Positions 35,780-50,037 of a stretch of 64,000 nucleotides of DNA are shown here, piece by piece. The notes under the pieces are model-generated. The model saw only the letters and a program-made list of their open reading frames with translations. It was not told the DNA's origin and made no database searches. This stretch comes from Octopus bimaculoides (taxonomy: Eukaryota). A program made the position numbers and the translations under genes. How positions within the stretch are numbered: position 1 is the first letter of the stretch; each line of letters begins with the position of its first letter. Location of the stretch: NCBI RefSeq assembly GCF_001194135.2, contig NC_068994.1, positions 29,038,681 through 29,102,680 on the forward strand. The letters are read 5' to 3'.

Positions 35780-38100
35780 AGGAGGAGGTTGGCTCAACAG
35801 AGAAAATGAAAGGATGAAAGATGTGAAACAACAAGTAGGGGTTGAAGTGGCAGAGCTAAGGTAGGTCCTTAGCAACACATGCAAATAGAAGTTGCCATGA
35901 GTAGATCAAATACTATATTATTGGTTAAATACACTTACAGTAATGCACTATGTACTAGCAAGGAAATGAATGCACTGATACAAAGTTCTGAGAAAGTCCC
36001 CAATTGGTTGATAGAAGACACAACAGAACACCAACTGAAAATACCAGAAACCAAAACACTGAAGAACTATAGACCTATTACATTCCTTACCAAAACTCAA
36101 AAAATTTTAACTTCAATACTTATTAAAAGAATATACACTTAATTTGAAGTAAACACCATCATTCCACAAGTACAAAATGAAGGTAAACGGAACCGCTGTG
36201 GATGTAAAGACTAACTGATGATCAACAAAATAATACAAGAAAAAACTGTCATACACAAAATAAGAACTTAAGTACTGCATGGATTAATTACTGGAAAGCT
36301 TTCAATAGTTTTTGCCATGAGTGGATATTGAAAGTCCTAGAAATATACATCTTTCTAGTAATCTCCTTCTTCAACATGGTACGACAAAATGGACACCTCT
36401 AATTTTAAACCATGATTACAGGCATACGATCAAGCAAAATCAAAATAAACTGAAATTTTCTAAACTGACTCTATTTCACCTCTCATGTTCTGTATGGCAC
36501 CCTTCTCACTTTCTAGTGAACTGAATAACACAGAGTATGGATACAAACTAACAACAACAACAGCAAAATCAATTACTTATTCTTCATGGGTGACCTGAAA
36601 CTATATACTATGAATGACCAGGAGTCAGAAGAACTTTTAGCAATGGTAAAGCAGTTTATCATTAACACTATAGGAATGGAATTTAGGCTTGATAAGTGTG
36701 CAAAACAATTTTTAAGACAGGAAAGCCCACTGCAATGTTATCCATCAAAATTGAGCAAGAAACCACTAGGCAACAACTACATCATAAAGGCACTTACAAA
36801 TATCTAGATATAAATGAGAGCAACGGAATCCAACATACTCAAATGAAGGAAAAGATCCAAAAAGAGTTTTTCAGGAGTGAGGCAAGTTGTGAAAACTTAA
36901 CTCAACTCTAAAAATTGAAGTAAAACCATCAACATCTTAGCTGTACTTGTGCAATATGGTTTCAATGCCATCAACTGAAACTAATCTGACCCTCTGGGAA
37001 TGGATAGAAAAGCATGGAAACTTCTCACTCTTAACAAAAAGCACAACACTTAGGCAGACACTGATTGTCTCTACCTGCTGAGAAAAGATGGAAGAGGACT
37101 CATCCAACTTGAATTATCCTATTAAATAACCCTGATTGGCCCACAAACATATTCAAACAAAACCAGAGATTGGATGATGATATTAGTAAAAGACTACAGA
37201 AACAAGAAGCGACTCCATTCTGAAATGAAAGAGGCAAGGAAATACAGAAAAAAACTAAGAATCAATTACATATTAAAATGCAAATGAAAATGACCCATTA
37301 CCAACCAAGACCACTAGAATTCACAGAAGGCAAAATCTGAGCGCTTTAAAACTCTGAAAGACAGATGACAACAAAATTTCTGCATGGCTAATACCCACTT
37401 TACAATCAGGATGCTGATGTTGACCAATTACAAAGCTATCAGTGGTTTGAAAGTTCAGGGCTAAAAGCAATATGGAATGAGTCATCCTTACTGTCCAAGA
37501 CCAGAGCTTATTTACAAGAAACTACAAAGAGAACATCCTCAAACATGGAGCAAGTCCAAAGTGCAGAAACGGAGATGAACAAGTTGAGACAATAGATCAT
37601 ACAGTTTTAGGCTGCTCCACTTTGGCTCCAACTGAATAAAGCTAGGCATGATCAGATTGGCCAACACATTCACTGGACACTATGTAAGCATTATGGTGCA
37701 GAGCCCCTAATTTTATAGAATTTTAGAGTCCACATGGGTTGCATCATAAATGCCAATAAGCCTGATATTATTATAAATAAGTAGGCATGTTTTATTTCTA
37801 GAAGAATACAACAAATTTGCAAGGTACAAACACCTAAAAGTCAAAATTAGTAAAATGTAGCAATCAAAGACACTAACGGCCCCAGTTGTAATTGGTGTAC
37901 TTGGAGTCATAAAGAAAGGCTTACACGAGTTTCTTGCAAACATCTCTGGTAAACACATTCAGAACACTCAAAAAAATCATCCTCGACTGCATGGCTCACA
38001 TTTTACACAAATTTTAATCTTTGCAAAACTGAATAATTAATACTGAATTCCCTTCCTTTATACCTTTTTTTAAAAAATATATTTTATTATTAAATTTATA
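35780..38100 (+). mobile_element. R4/Dong-like non-LTR retrotransposon, 5'-truncated and decayed
   Basis: KNYRPITFLT, LSTAWINYWKAFNS, LFMGDLKLY, YKYLDINES, KCRNGDEQVETIDH..LGCSTLA (CCHC remnant), PVVIGVLGVI; starts immediately after an (AAT)n array. Confidence 0.85.
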
Positions 38101-38539
38101 CATCTATATACTGAATCTAAATTAGATCTATACCTTTTCATAGCTACATTAGGCTGTGGAATACCACCACTGCATGACAATACCTGGTTCTTTGGTAGCA
38201 ATTTTGAGATAATGGGGTTAATTGATACCAGAGAGATCAAAGGCAAACTTGAAGTAGGTGGTATTTGAATCCAAACTATAAAGAACTAAAAGGAATACAA
38301 GGCATTTTGTCCAACACTCAAATGATTTTGTAAACCAATAAAAATTTTAAAAAATAGATAATAACAAAAAATAACAAAATAATAATAGCAATAATTTCTG
38401 AGGCACAATGCCAGAAATTTTGGAGAAGAGTTTTAATTGATTAATTCAATCCTAATATTTGACAAATGCATTATTTTAGTGAGTCTAGAAGGATTTATCA
38501 TCAAGAGTTGAAATCACAAGTTAAAGAACTGGAATAAAT

Positions 38540-39087
38540 AACCCTTCCACAGGTAGGGTGTGACATTTCTTCACACAGCAGTCCTGTTCCATACACAACG
38601 CATGATTATACCAGTGTAGTTTTCTCTCTTGCACACCACTTCTGATGCTTCTTAGGTCCAGCTTTTCTCTCAGGATGCTTACACTCTGCTGTGTATGCAC
38701 ACTGACATTACACATTTAGCGGAGAATACTAGCTTCATTTCTCAAGCCTATGCATGTCCTCAGCAGTCACACCTGATGTTTCACTGCTGTGTAGCATGGT
38801 TGTTCGTACACAAGCATCATACAGTTACCTTTTACTCTGCGCAAGAGGCCCTTTGTTACCAGCAGAAATAGGAGCTCTCTGAACTTTGACCGAGCTATTC
38901 TTATTCTAGCAGCTACACTCTCAGAGCATCCACCCCCACTACTGACTTGGTCACCTAGGTAATGGAAGCTATCAACTACTTCTAGTTTTTCCCTTGGCAT
39001 ATGATGGAATCTGTTTTCTGTACATCTTCGGTGTTTATTGCACCTGTGCATCTATCACACACAAAAACTATCTTCCCAGTTAACCTT
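38540..39087 (-). mobile_element. RTE-clade LINE fragment, same family as 1830-3818
   Basis: RLTGKIVFVCDRCTG..., KLEVVDSFHYLGDQVSSGGGCSES, REKLDLRSIRSGVQER. Confidence 0.85.
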
Positions 39088-39239
39088 CCTTTGAAGGTAG
39101 TAGTAGTAAAGAAGCTGATGAGATATTGACCAGAGAGTAAAAGCTGGCCCTTGATCTTTTTAACTGTGTTGATCCTACAGCCTCTTTCACCATAGCCTTC
39201 AGGCAGTAGAATAAATATATAGATAACAGAAACAACAAT

Positions 39240-39460
39240 AATCTTTCAGCTATAAGGCACAAAGCTTGAAATTTATGGGGAAGGGGCTGGTTGATTACAT
39301 CGACCCCAATGTTCAACTGGTACTTATTTCATTGACCACCAAAAGGATGAAAGGCAGAGTCAACCTTGGCGGAATTATAAATATAGGATGTAAAGATGGA
39401 CAAAATGTCGCAAAGCATTTTGTCCAGGTTACTAATGATTTTGCCAGCTCACAACCTTAG
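39240..39460 (-). mobile_element. Family-A SINE
   Basis: aggcacaaagc ... catcgacccc ... ggatgaaaggcagagtcaaccttggcgga ... ttgccagctcacaacctta. Confidence 0.85.
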
Positions 39461-40621
39461 CAGTAGTAGTAGTAGAAGTAGTAGTAGCAGCAGCAGCAGT
39501 AGTCATAATCTATCTATCTATCTCTATACTATAATGGAGAAAGCTGCTTATTAATTAGATATGTAACAATTACTAAAAGTACTAAAAGAAAGCAATTCTT
39601 AAAGGGTTGACTGTCTGGAAATATTTTTATAAATTCATGTTCTAAGAAATTTACTATAATTTTGATTTCTCAAGTTTATTGAATTTTTTAAACTCCAATT
39701 TCTTGCAAATTTAAATATTCACTGCATCCAATTCATCACAAATTTAAATATTCATTGCATTCACTGCAGAGTATTCCATTTTCATTTGCAAAGTCTTTCA
39801 CTTAATCTTTTAAGTTTTAATTCGCTATTAATGTATACATAATGTAAAAACATTATTTATTGAATGAAATTTTTTATAAATTTCCATATAATTTTTGAAT
39901 GCAGGATAGCTGCGAGAAGAACCCAAAAAGTTGGGGAATTACTATTAGAAGACGAGGAGAAAAAAAAAAAAAAGTTACCGACAACTACTTGAAACTTGCT
40001 CCTTATACATAGTTTCCAAACAACTTCAACAGTGACATACATACACCAATACACACTTGCGCACATACATAGATATACACATACACACAAATGAAAGGCA
40101 ATGAATGTGTGTGTGTGTGTGCATGTGTATGTGTGTGCGTACTGTTCATTGACAAAACTTCATGTTGCATCACTTTTGTGAAGTTTTGTCAGTGAACAGG
40201 TCAGGGTTTTAAAGTGACGAAAATATTTTGACACAAATGAAGTTTTAATGTTGAAGTGAAACAAACGGTATTTGTGTGTTCTTGAATGGTTTACAAACAT
40301 CTTCCATGCTGCAATTATTTTTGTTTCAGCACACAATCTCAGATCAAGTCACTTGCTATGCAAATACATCTCTATAATTTTTTAAAATTATTATGGATAA
40401 ATGCCAGCAATGACTTTCACAGTTTCTCCAATATTTTAATTTCTAAACAGAAACAATCAGAGGAAGGGAGTGGGGTTGCAAAAAATTCATAATTTCTCAA
40501 CTTTTCTTTTTTATATGTATGGGGAAAAAATATTGAAAAACATTAATATATGCGAAAGTGATAAAGAAACGAGGTGGGTTGTCTTTGGACGTGCTAGAAA
40601 CAACAGCCAAGTCACCCTTAA

Positions 40622-40835
40622 CCCTTTCTTTACCAACTCAGCTGAAACTAGCTCTAGCTCTGAGTACAAATGTCTTGTTTTATTAAGTTTTGAATTAAAA
40701 TCTTCCACCAAACCTTAGTCACAATTTATGTTCCTAACACTAGCTGAATGATACCTAAGTTATTTTACTAAATTCTTTGTTATATCTAAAGTAATTGAAT
40801 ACAGAGCATCTCAAAATAATACAGTAACGATAGGG
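40622..40835. mobile_element. piggyBac-like MITE
   Basis: TTAA at 40618-40621 and 40836-40839; termini CCCTTTCTTTAC / GTAACGATAGGG (10/12 inverted match). Confidence 0.6.
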
Positions 40836-41061
40836 TTAAATCACTTTTTCCTCTGAAAATATTAATTTTTTTTTTACTGAAAATGCTCTTCTCATGGTTT
40901 TGAAGTACAAAAAAAATTGGCCAAAATAAGTCCGAAGTGGGATGAAGGAGGGGGGTGTGTACAAAAAATGAGTTTTCAAATCTTCTTTCATACAAAGATG
41001 ATCTCCCCCACCAACCCCAACCTTATCATTTCAAAGGTTGTGGTTTAATAAAAATGGGGAA

Positions 41062-41128
41062 AATCCCTGAAAAAAATTTTACCCACAAATTTCTTTATAA
41101 TTTGTGGGTAAAATTTTTTTCAGGGATT
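41062..41128. repeat. Perfect 30-bp inverted repeat with 7-nt loop
   Basis: AATCCCTGAAAAAAATTTTACCCACAAATT-tctttat-AATTTGTGGGTAAAATTTTTTTCAGGGATT. Confidence 0.9.
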
Positions 41129-41458
41129 GTAATCTATGCTGTTTGAAAGGGGTTTGAATAAATTTTCATTAAAAGATACCCATCTTCCTGAAAGTTATGA
41201 GGGAAAAAGTCAGATTGTGTGAATTTTCTGAAACTCCTGTCTCCACTGCCTTGCAAAAATTCTTTCCCATAAATCTATATATACTCTGATGCCACAACAT
41301 CTAAGCAGTATCTGTAGAAAATTTTGTTAAAAAGTATCCACTTTTCTGAATGTTTATGAAGCAACAAAGTCAGCGAGGTATACATCTGTAGTTATGCTCT
41401 TTTATTTATACAATTTTTTTCATTTCATGTTTATTTCATCCATTGTTTGCAATGTTCG

Positions 41459-41493
<35 letters not shown>

Positions 41494-41832
41494 TCTCTCT
41501 CTCTTCCTCTCTCTCTCACACACACTGCAAACCTTACAGATGGGCTGCTGAACTGAAATCTCTATGTTGCTTTGAGGGGAAGGTAAAACTTGACAAACTA
41601 CTTCTTCCTCTGTTGTTGGACTACTGTGATGTTTGTTTAAAAAAAGAGAGATTATTTTGACTGTTATAAAATAAATGAAAGCAATATTTACTAAGCAAGT
41701 GAACACTATTATTCAAAGAAATAATTAAATGTAAAATATAAAAATTATTAGAAATGAGAATCAAATGTGAAAATATTAAGGGGCTAGCAGAAAATTGCCT
41801 GAAGGGCGGTCTTTTTGCTAGTAATAATAATA

Positions 41833-42265
41833 ATCCCTTCTACTATAGCCACAAGGACTGAAATTTTTGGGGAGGAAACTAGTCGATTACATTGATCCCA
41901 GTACTCAACTGGTACTTAATTTATCAATCTCGAAAGGATGAAAGGCCATGTCGACCTCAGAGGAATTTGAATTCAGTACATAAAGACAAAGTGCAGCTAA
42001 GCATTTTGCCTGGCATGCTAACGATTCTGCCAGCTCACTGCCTTAATAATAATTCTTTCTACTCTAAGCACAAGGCCTGAAAATTGGGGGAGGGGATGAG
42101 TCAATTACATCAATCCTGGTGTGTCACTGGTATTTAATTTATTGACCCTGAAAGGATGAAAGGCAAAACTGAACCCAGTGGCATTTGAACTCAGAATGTG
42201 AAGACAGACAAAACACTGTTAAGCATTTCGTCCGGTCTGCTAACGATTCTTCCAGCTTGTTGCTT
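41833..42265 (-). mobile_element. Tandem pair of family-A SINEs separated by a short AAT spacer
   Basis: Two full copies (~41833-42043, ~42052-42265); (AAT)n before, between and after them. Confidence 0.9.
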
Positions 42266-42278
42266 TTTAATAATAATA

Positions 42279-42310
<32 letters not shown>

Positions 42311-43029
42311 AATAATGGTAAAATTGATAGTGACAGTAAAAGCAATTGTATTAGAATAAATAATAATGTCAGTGGTAATAGTAGTGATGAAGCAGATAAT
42401 AATAATATTGATAAAGAAAATTAAAGTAAATGTATCAGACCAAGTAGTGATGGAGGGAACTGTTGAAGAGGGGGACTATGAATTGTATATTTTGTACTTG
42501 CTTATTGTGTTGGTCTAGAGGGAGTGTCTAGTGATTTTCAGATTTTGGTGAATATATACTGTAATTAGATGATAATTTATTTTCGAATGCAGAGAAGCCG
42601 TTAGAATAGCAGAAACATTGGGTAAATTACCCTTACAAAGTGGAAAAATTTGTCAGCAAACAGTCATGTTTCTGCTGTTCTAAGAATGTATCTGCATTTG
42701 AAAATAAATTATCATCTTATTTGTATCTATATACACATTTCAGCACTAACAAAGAATATGTTAAGTTTGTTTATATTTATGTACTGTAATTAGGTTTAAA
42801 ATAAACATAATGGTTGGGCCAAATCCACCAAGTATACTTAGTGAGGAGGGTTGTAGTTGGACACCCTGCAGGAAGAAAAACCAAACCCATAAAATGGTGG
42901 ATGAACTTGTTTGAGTCAATGGCCATCCAACAAAGTGTATATGAGGGCAGGTGTGAACCCTCTGAGCTTTGGTTGGCTACCCACCTGGTGATGGTGTCAT
43001 GATAAAAATACTGGTGATTGCACAACCTT

Positions 43030-46000
43030 ATAAATGCTACTTCAGAATGAGTGATGTCATATTCAAGTAATAACCATAACTGCTTTAATGGGACTAGAAC
43101 TGTTAACAGAGAAGTTGTCATGCACGACAGGCAAGGAGTGTCTGATCAAGCACCAGCAGATCGTCATCAAACCATTGATCAGAATCAAAGTTAAAAGTGC
43201 AGTGGAAGAAAAATGAAATGGGGAAAAGAGGCAATCAAGACTGTGATTGAATGTTGGCTGAGAAGTGAGCCAAATAAATGAGGTCTCATGAAATGAATGA
43301 AGAGAATATGGAATAAAAAGGGAGTCTTTGAAGCTTTCACCCAACAACTGATTAGACCCAGAAGGGCAATTCATAAAGATGATTGGATTACAAGATCAAA
43401 AATTGAAGTAATTCAGAGAAAAATAAAAGATGAACAGGAAAAGTGTGAAACAATAATAGCAGAAAGTAGTAATGAAAGGGTAAGAAATGAAAAAGAAAGA
43501 CATCACAATGTACCTGAGAATGCTGACAAAGTAAATAGTGAATTTGATTTAGCTAGACAAATAGCAATAAATGTTATGTAAGAATTGACCAATGAAGAGA
43601 AGACAATTCTAGAAGTGCTGTGAGGTAAAATGTGTGGTGTGAACAATGAAGTGCCATCAAACATAAGGTATATGGGCAGAGGGAAAGTAAGGAGAGCTAC
43701 AGGCAAAGTAAGTGGAATTTTGGTCTTGGTTAAAACAGAGAACATTAGTGAAACAAACCAGCTAATCATAACTGCAGCTAATGCTGTAGCTGACATAATA
43801 GGATGCAAGTGGAAGACTGTTGTAGAAAAGAAAGAACTAAACTGGAGGAAAAGAATACAAATGAAGTTGGAAAAAATACAGAAAGAAGTAGGGCAATTGA
43901 ATAGGATAATGAGAAGAGAACTGAAGAATGAGATAGCAATCAGAAAACTGAATGGACAGAAGAGGTTAGAAGAAAGGGGAAATCAAACTGTACATGAAGA
44001 ATTGTCACAAAGAGTGATAGCGTTAAAGGCCAAATTAAAATGAATGATGCCAAATGCAAAGATTTTGAACAGAATAGATTGTTTCTATCAAATAGGTGTT
44101 TTTTTGAAGAAATAGAATGGGGAACAACATCAGGAAGTGATTTCAGATGTGGAAGAAAATAAAGTATTTGGAACAGGCCAGTGAGACAGAGAGAAAGTGC
44201 AGAGTGGCGAACACAGGTGGAGAGACAACTTGCAACTGTAGCAAGACAAAAAGGACATCAGAATTGATCTGTATTCAGAGAGAGAAGTTTTAAAAAACAG
44301 CAAACTGGAAAGGAGCTGGCCTGGATGGAGTACAAGGTTACTGGCTGAAGAATTTTCACAATAGCACGAAAGGATCACTACACACCCAGATGAATACCTA
44401 CAGCATGGATGTATCCCCACCTGGATGACAAGTGAATGAATGCTATGTCTCAAGGACCCCTTGCAAGGTAAATTGGTATCAAATTTTCAAACTATAACCA
44501 CTTGCATGGAAGCTTATAACTGGTGTCTTAGCAGAAAAGTTATATAATCATCTGGAAAGAAACAATCTACTTCCAGTAGAGCGGAAAGGATGCAGGAAGC
44601 AAAGTAGGGCAACAAATGACCACTTATTAGTTGATAAAATGATAATTAGAAATTGTAGATGCAGATTGATGAAATTGAAAGTAGCATGGTTGGATTACAA
44701 AAAAGCATATGACATGGTACTACAGAGATGGATAAGTAAAACAATGAGCATATTTGGAGTGGCAGAAAATATGGAGAAAATGGTTAATGAAAGTATGAAA
44801 CATTGGAATATTGAATTGATTGGAAGAAAAAACAAGACTTGGTAAAGTGAACATCAGCCATGGTATATTTCAAAGTGATAGCTTATTTCTTTTAATATTT
44901 ACATTGGTCATGATACTGCTCGGTTTGATATTACGAGCAGTTAAAATAGCTTGTGATTTGGGAAAAGGATATGGTCAGATAAATCATCTCATTTTATGGA
45001 TGATATAAAGCTTTATGTGAAAAATAAGAAACAGCTTGAAAGTCTTGTACATGCTGTTTGCATTTTCTCAAATGATGCAGGTATGGAATTCAGGACTGAA
45101 AAGTGTGCTATGTTGATAATGGAACATGGAAGTTTTGAAGGAAGCCAGGAAAACCAGAAAAACTGTTGACTATGTATGGAGTCCATGATCTGAAAGCTGA
45201 TATTAACCAGTTGTATTTGGAAAGAGACCAGAGTGGAAGAGGCTTAATTGTTGTGGAACAGTGTGTACAGATGGAAAGGAAAAGCTTACTAGAATATTTA
45301 CAGAAAAGTACAAAGAAATTACTAAAGGCAATGAATAAAGAAGTGATCAAGTGTGGAATAGAAGAAATGGACAAGAAAGAAATTCAAAGATAGTATGTTA
45401 AACAGATTGAGAAACCTTTGTATGGTTAGTTTTGGAAAGTCACTGAGGATGTATGTGGAACAAAAACTAGGGCTTGACTGAATAAAGGGCAATTGAAAAA
45501 AGAAACAGAGAACCTTATTATAGCAGTTCAAGATCAAGTGATAAAAACAAACAACTTGAGAAAATATGAGTATGGGGAGGTGTCAGCAAAATGTAGAGTG
45601 TGTGGAATTTGGGATGAAACAATGGCACACATTGTTGCAGGATGTCCCCAACTTTCCTCAGGGATAATATAAAAAATGGGGGTATAACCAAGTTGTGAAA
45701 GTTGCTTGATTCGGAGAAATGCAAGATTTTATGGGATATTCCAATTCAAATGAATAACACAGAAAATAATAGACCAGATATAACAATAATAGACAAGGAA
45801 AAGCAAAGTTGCTTACTAATTAATCAATCATGTCCATTTGATTCCAGGATTGTGAAAAAAGAAGTCGAAAAATTTTAAAAAATACAATCCCTTAAAATTT
45901 GAAATTGCAAGAATTTGGAATATGAAAAATGTAAAGGGCAATAAATGATGTATTAGGAACTGTGAGCAATGATATAGACAAATGGTTGAAGGAGATTGGA

Positions 46001-46170
46001 ATGGAATGTCCTATAGAGCTTCTACTGAAAGTTTGTCTCATAGGAATAGGAAAGATTATCAGGTTTTGAGCACTTGAAAGATTATTGAAAACTTATGGAT
46101 ATCTAAGGTTACACATAATAATCCGCTATCCACACAGATTCTACAAGGGATAAGATGAAACCTGAGTCAA
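43030..46170 (+). mobile_element. Near full-length but decayed R4/Dong-like RLE retrotransposon
   Basis: N-terminal KWGKEAIKTVIECWLRSEP...RIWNKKG; RT QKGCRK..DHLLVDKM, VAWLDYKKAYDMV, HLILWMI*SFM; CCHC KCRVCGIWDETMAHIVAGCPQL; RLE-like RPDITIIDK...KYNPLKFEIARIW. Confidence 0.85.
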
Positions 46171-46464
46171 GTTGAATAATAAAGAAAATGCCTCATTATA
46201 TATGTTGCAAATCCTTCAGCTTCAAACAACGCAGCCAAGGAAGTAGAAAAGAGGAATGGTTAGATATCAAGACAGATATGCGAATACAGCACAAAATCTG
46301 CCCACCCGCTAGAATAACAGATATTCTTGGAAAGGTACTTTCTGTCAAAAGCCTTTTGTTAAGGCTTCATAGCTAACAAAAGAAGAAAAAAAAAAGCCCA
46401 ACAAAAATAATATTTTATACTTAAAATATAACAATTGCTTTTAGCATAAGAACAAGCAGAGGGA

Positions 46465-47105
46465 TTTAGTCAATACCATTAACTGTAGAACTTGATTGAT
46501 ACTCTATTTTATCAACCCCAAACGGATGAAGGGGAATGTTGACCTGAGTAAAACCTGAACTCAGAATGTAAAGAACCAGAACAAATACAAGACATCTTTT
46601 CCAATACTCCAACAATTCTGCCAGCTTGCTACCTTTAAAGATGATCATAATGATGGTGGTGGTGGTGGTGGTCTCAGTGGTGGAGATGATGATGATAATG
46701 ACAAGGAAGGGGAGGTCTATGTTGATGTGAAATAAAACAGTTATTGAAATATTCAATGGAGAAACCAAAATCGCAGTAATAAGAATAAGAGCAACCACAA
46801 CTTGAAAGAGAAAAGCAGAACTTGCTGGCTGAGCCAACACTAAGTTAGACCAACAATACAAAGAACTTATGGCTCATATTTTGTCTATATTGTGTCTACA
46901 ATCCTTTCTAATTTTGGCACAAGACCAGCAATTTTGAAGGATGGGTGAATTTTATTACATCAAACCCAGTGCTCAACTGGTACTTATTTTATCGACTTCA
47001 AAAGTTGATGTTGGTAGCATTTGAACACAGAATGTAAAGAGCTGGAAAAATGCTGCTAAGCACTTTGTCTGGCGTGCTAATGGCTCTGTCAATTCACTGC
47101 CCTCA
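46465..47105 (-). mobile_element. Two family-A SINEs (~46465-46640, ~46900-47105)
   Basis: Family-A motifs (ttttatcaacccc..ggatgaaggg..; ggcacaagaccagc..ttgaacacagaatg). Confidence 0.8.
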
Positions 47106-50037
47106 TGTAGTGTCTATAATAAAGTTACTTAACACTTGTTAACAAAGTTCACATAGTTTTAATAAGTAATCAAAACATAAATATAATTCAATGGTTTCAC
47201 AGTGTTGTGTAAAATTAATATGGATTTTGGTAGCTTGTAGCACTAATATAATGAACATTGGAAAAATTTAAGCAGTCCCTCCACTTAAAGTTTTCTATAG
47301 AAAATCTTGTGGATGCTTCAGCTAAGGATTATATCTATTTGTTTCTTGATGGTATGTGTTTGTGTATTTGTAAGAAAGATTTTGTTTGTAATCATTTTTC
47401 AATCATCAAATTTAATCTGTATTTTGAATTTTTTTTCTCGTTTGATTTCATGGAAGTCTAAAAACAGACATATGCACACCTCCATGCAAGTGCATAGTTA
47501 AATATCTTAAAAAGTTTTGAACATTAGACAAATATAGCAATGATTATAATGTTGGCAACTTGTATTTTGCATTGTAAATTCATAAAAAAATTTCTCATGG
47601 CAGCTGAAGTTACAAACGGTTTGACACAGGCTGCACCAACAAAAGAACTGCCAATATTGCAGCCAAATCTCCCATAAATTCCACCCTGCCATCTTGAAAC
47701 ATTTTATCTATGCATGAATGCCATCATAATATGACAGAGGCAATGCTGCTGTACAAAACAAATTCGAAATTCCCTATAAGAGGTGTTTTCCAAAATATTT
47801 ATATAAATTCAAGAGGGCAATATCATTTACAAAACTTTCATATAAATGCATGACATTAAGTCAACAATAACAATGACACCAACAGCAGTAATAACATTTA
47901 TACAGAATATAATATTTAAAACTCCTTCACAAATAAAAATAAAGAAACAAAAATACCACAATACAACTTGAAAAACACATGACGTTCACATAGCAATAAT
48001 TCAGAAAATATTCTTACAACACAAGGATACATTTTATCCCCAATTATATTCAGATCAAGTTAGACAGACCCTGTCACCATAAAGGAGATCTCATAACATA
48101 CATAAACATTCATGCATCCATTACATAGTTACTTCAAAGGACATAAGTAAATTAATAGGAAATTATACTACACTAAATTGTAAGCATTCAAAATAAAAAA
48201 TCCAGCAACAAAAAGCACATTAATAAACATATATCCACCACCACAAATATCACCAACTGTCCCACAGAGTAACACACAACAATTACAACACTAGCACCTG
48301 CCCAAACAACATCATTAGAGGAGATTCTGATGTCCTCAACACATCCAGGTTTCCGAATAAAATGCATAACACAAGAGTTAACTACAATAACTTCCCACAT
48401 ACCACTTTCTGCTCCACACATCTAGCAACCACAACCACTTAGCAATTCTCCAACTCTCTTCTCATCACTTTCCAATTATCATCAGTTGCACATCAATGAA
48501 GAAAGCAAAACAATTTTACAAGCTTCAAAAGTGCCTGGTCAAATGGGTCCTGCCAATAAACAGAATTTAGATTTTTCAGCATTCAACAACACCGCAATCA
48601 TATAGACTGTAGTGCATACTTATAACACAATTATTGCTGATGCATTCAAAAATCCCACAAAGCAACATCAAAAGCACGACCTTAATTACACACCAGAAAG
48701 CCAACCTCAAACACAACACACAACAGAAATAAAACCCTGTACCAAACAACTAAACATGGAAGTAACAATAACTTAATAAATAAACCATAAGAAAATAGCA
48801 AACCTGGCAAACACTTTCATCCAAGATAAACCACAATACTAACAGTAAAACATTATTATATAGAGTAATTAGCAGCAACAACAAGGGGAATGATCACGCC
48901 AAACTGTTTGTCACAATAGCAATCTCAAATAATGTACACACAGAGCAACATTAACCTATTCAAAAAACAAAAAAACAAAAAAAAAAAATTTACAAATTCA
49001 AGTCTCAGAGCCAGATAAGATCCCAAACCTACACTTAAAACTCCTAGAAGCAGCATAAAACACTGGTGAGTAAACTACCTGTCGAGTCTCTAAGCTTGTG
49101 TGGGGCGCAAGAACAACAATTCCAGAATTTGAAGTTTCCTAAATAGAGTACAACAGGGTTTCCCTCTCTTGGTCATTCTTTTCAAGTTATATCTAAGCAA
49201 CTCTCTTATACCTTGTCAAATAAAGATATCCCATTCATATCCTTTCACTATTCTTCAGATTCAGTTGTCTCCCTTCTCACTGTCACCATCAGAGAACATC
49301 AACTCCATCAACAAAACTTCTACAATGTTTACAACATACATGCAAGATATAATGTAGAAAAAACATGTTGCACAAACATACCTAGAGCACTCACACACTC
49401 ACAGAGTTACTTAAACCCTCATATATACCATATTTGGCCAACTGATAGAGACAACAATAATGGTGTACAAATTATACATTAGATCCACCATGAACCATGC
49501 TAGTCTTGTCAAAACGTATCTCTTCACAATAAACTAACAAAGAACACAAACCAACACACTAAGCATCACCGCAAAGGCCATATCTATTGATAACAACAAA
49601 ACAGAACAAAAATACGAAGAATGAAAGACAACCTGGACCTGTGAGGACCACAGTTTGTTAATGCAAGCCAGCTTCAACCTTCAAAGTTCATGTCACAACA
49701 TGAAAGATCACCCCTAAATAACCTGACACATATACAACATACACACACACATAACAGATACATATAATAGCTCACAACACGACAGCAACATGATAGAAAT
49801 ATACTAAATCTCTTACACAACCATGACAAACATAAAAGCACTACACTGTGATGTACATCAAGATAATAAATGTAGAGGAACTGTCATATTCTTTCTGTCT
49901 GCTGTTGCCACTATTAGAGTCTCCAAGGTGAACAGAAATAGACTGCACAATGGAGAGAGTGCAATTGGTTCAGATTATCATGTTACATCCCAAATGAATC
50001 ATCACTGCATGTTGAAGTGTGCAATATTGTCTTCACC

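Noticed and set aside
47700-49850. Strong A+C strand skew (also 19300-21600; G+T skew at 6800-7800 and 24000-25200)
   Set aside because: No ORF, repeat unit or boundary could be tied to it; may reflect mutational asymmetry, but this cannot be supported from sequence alone.
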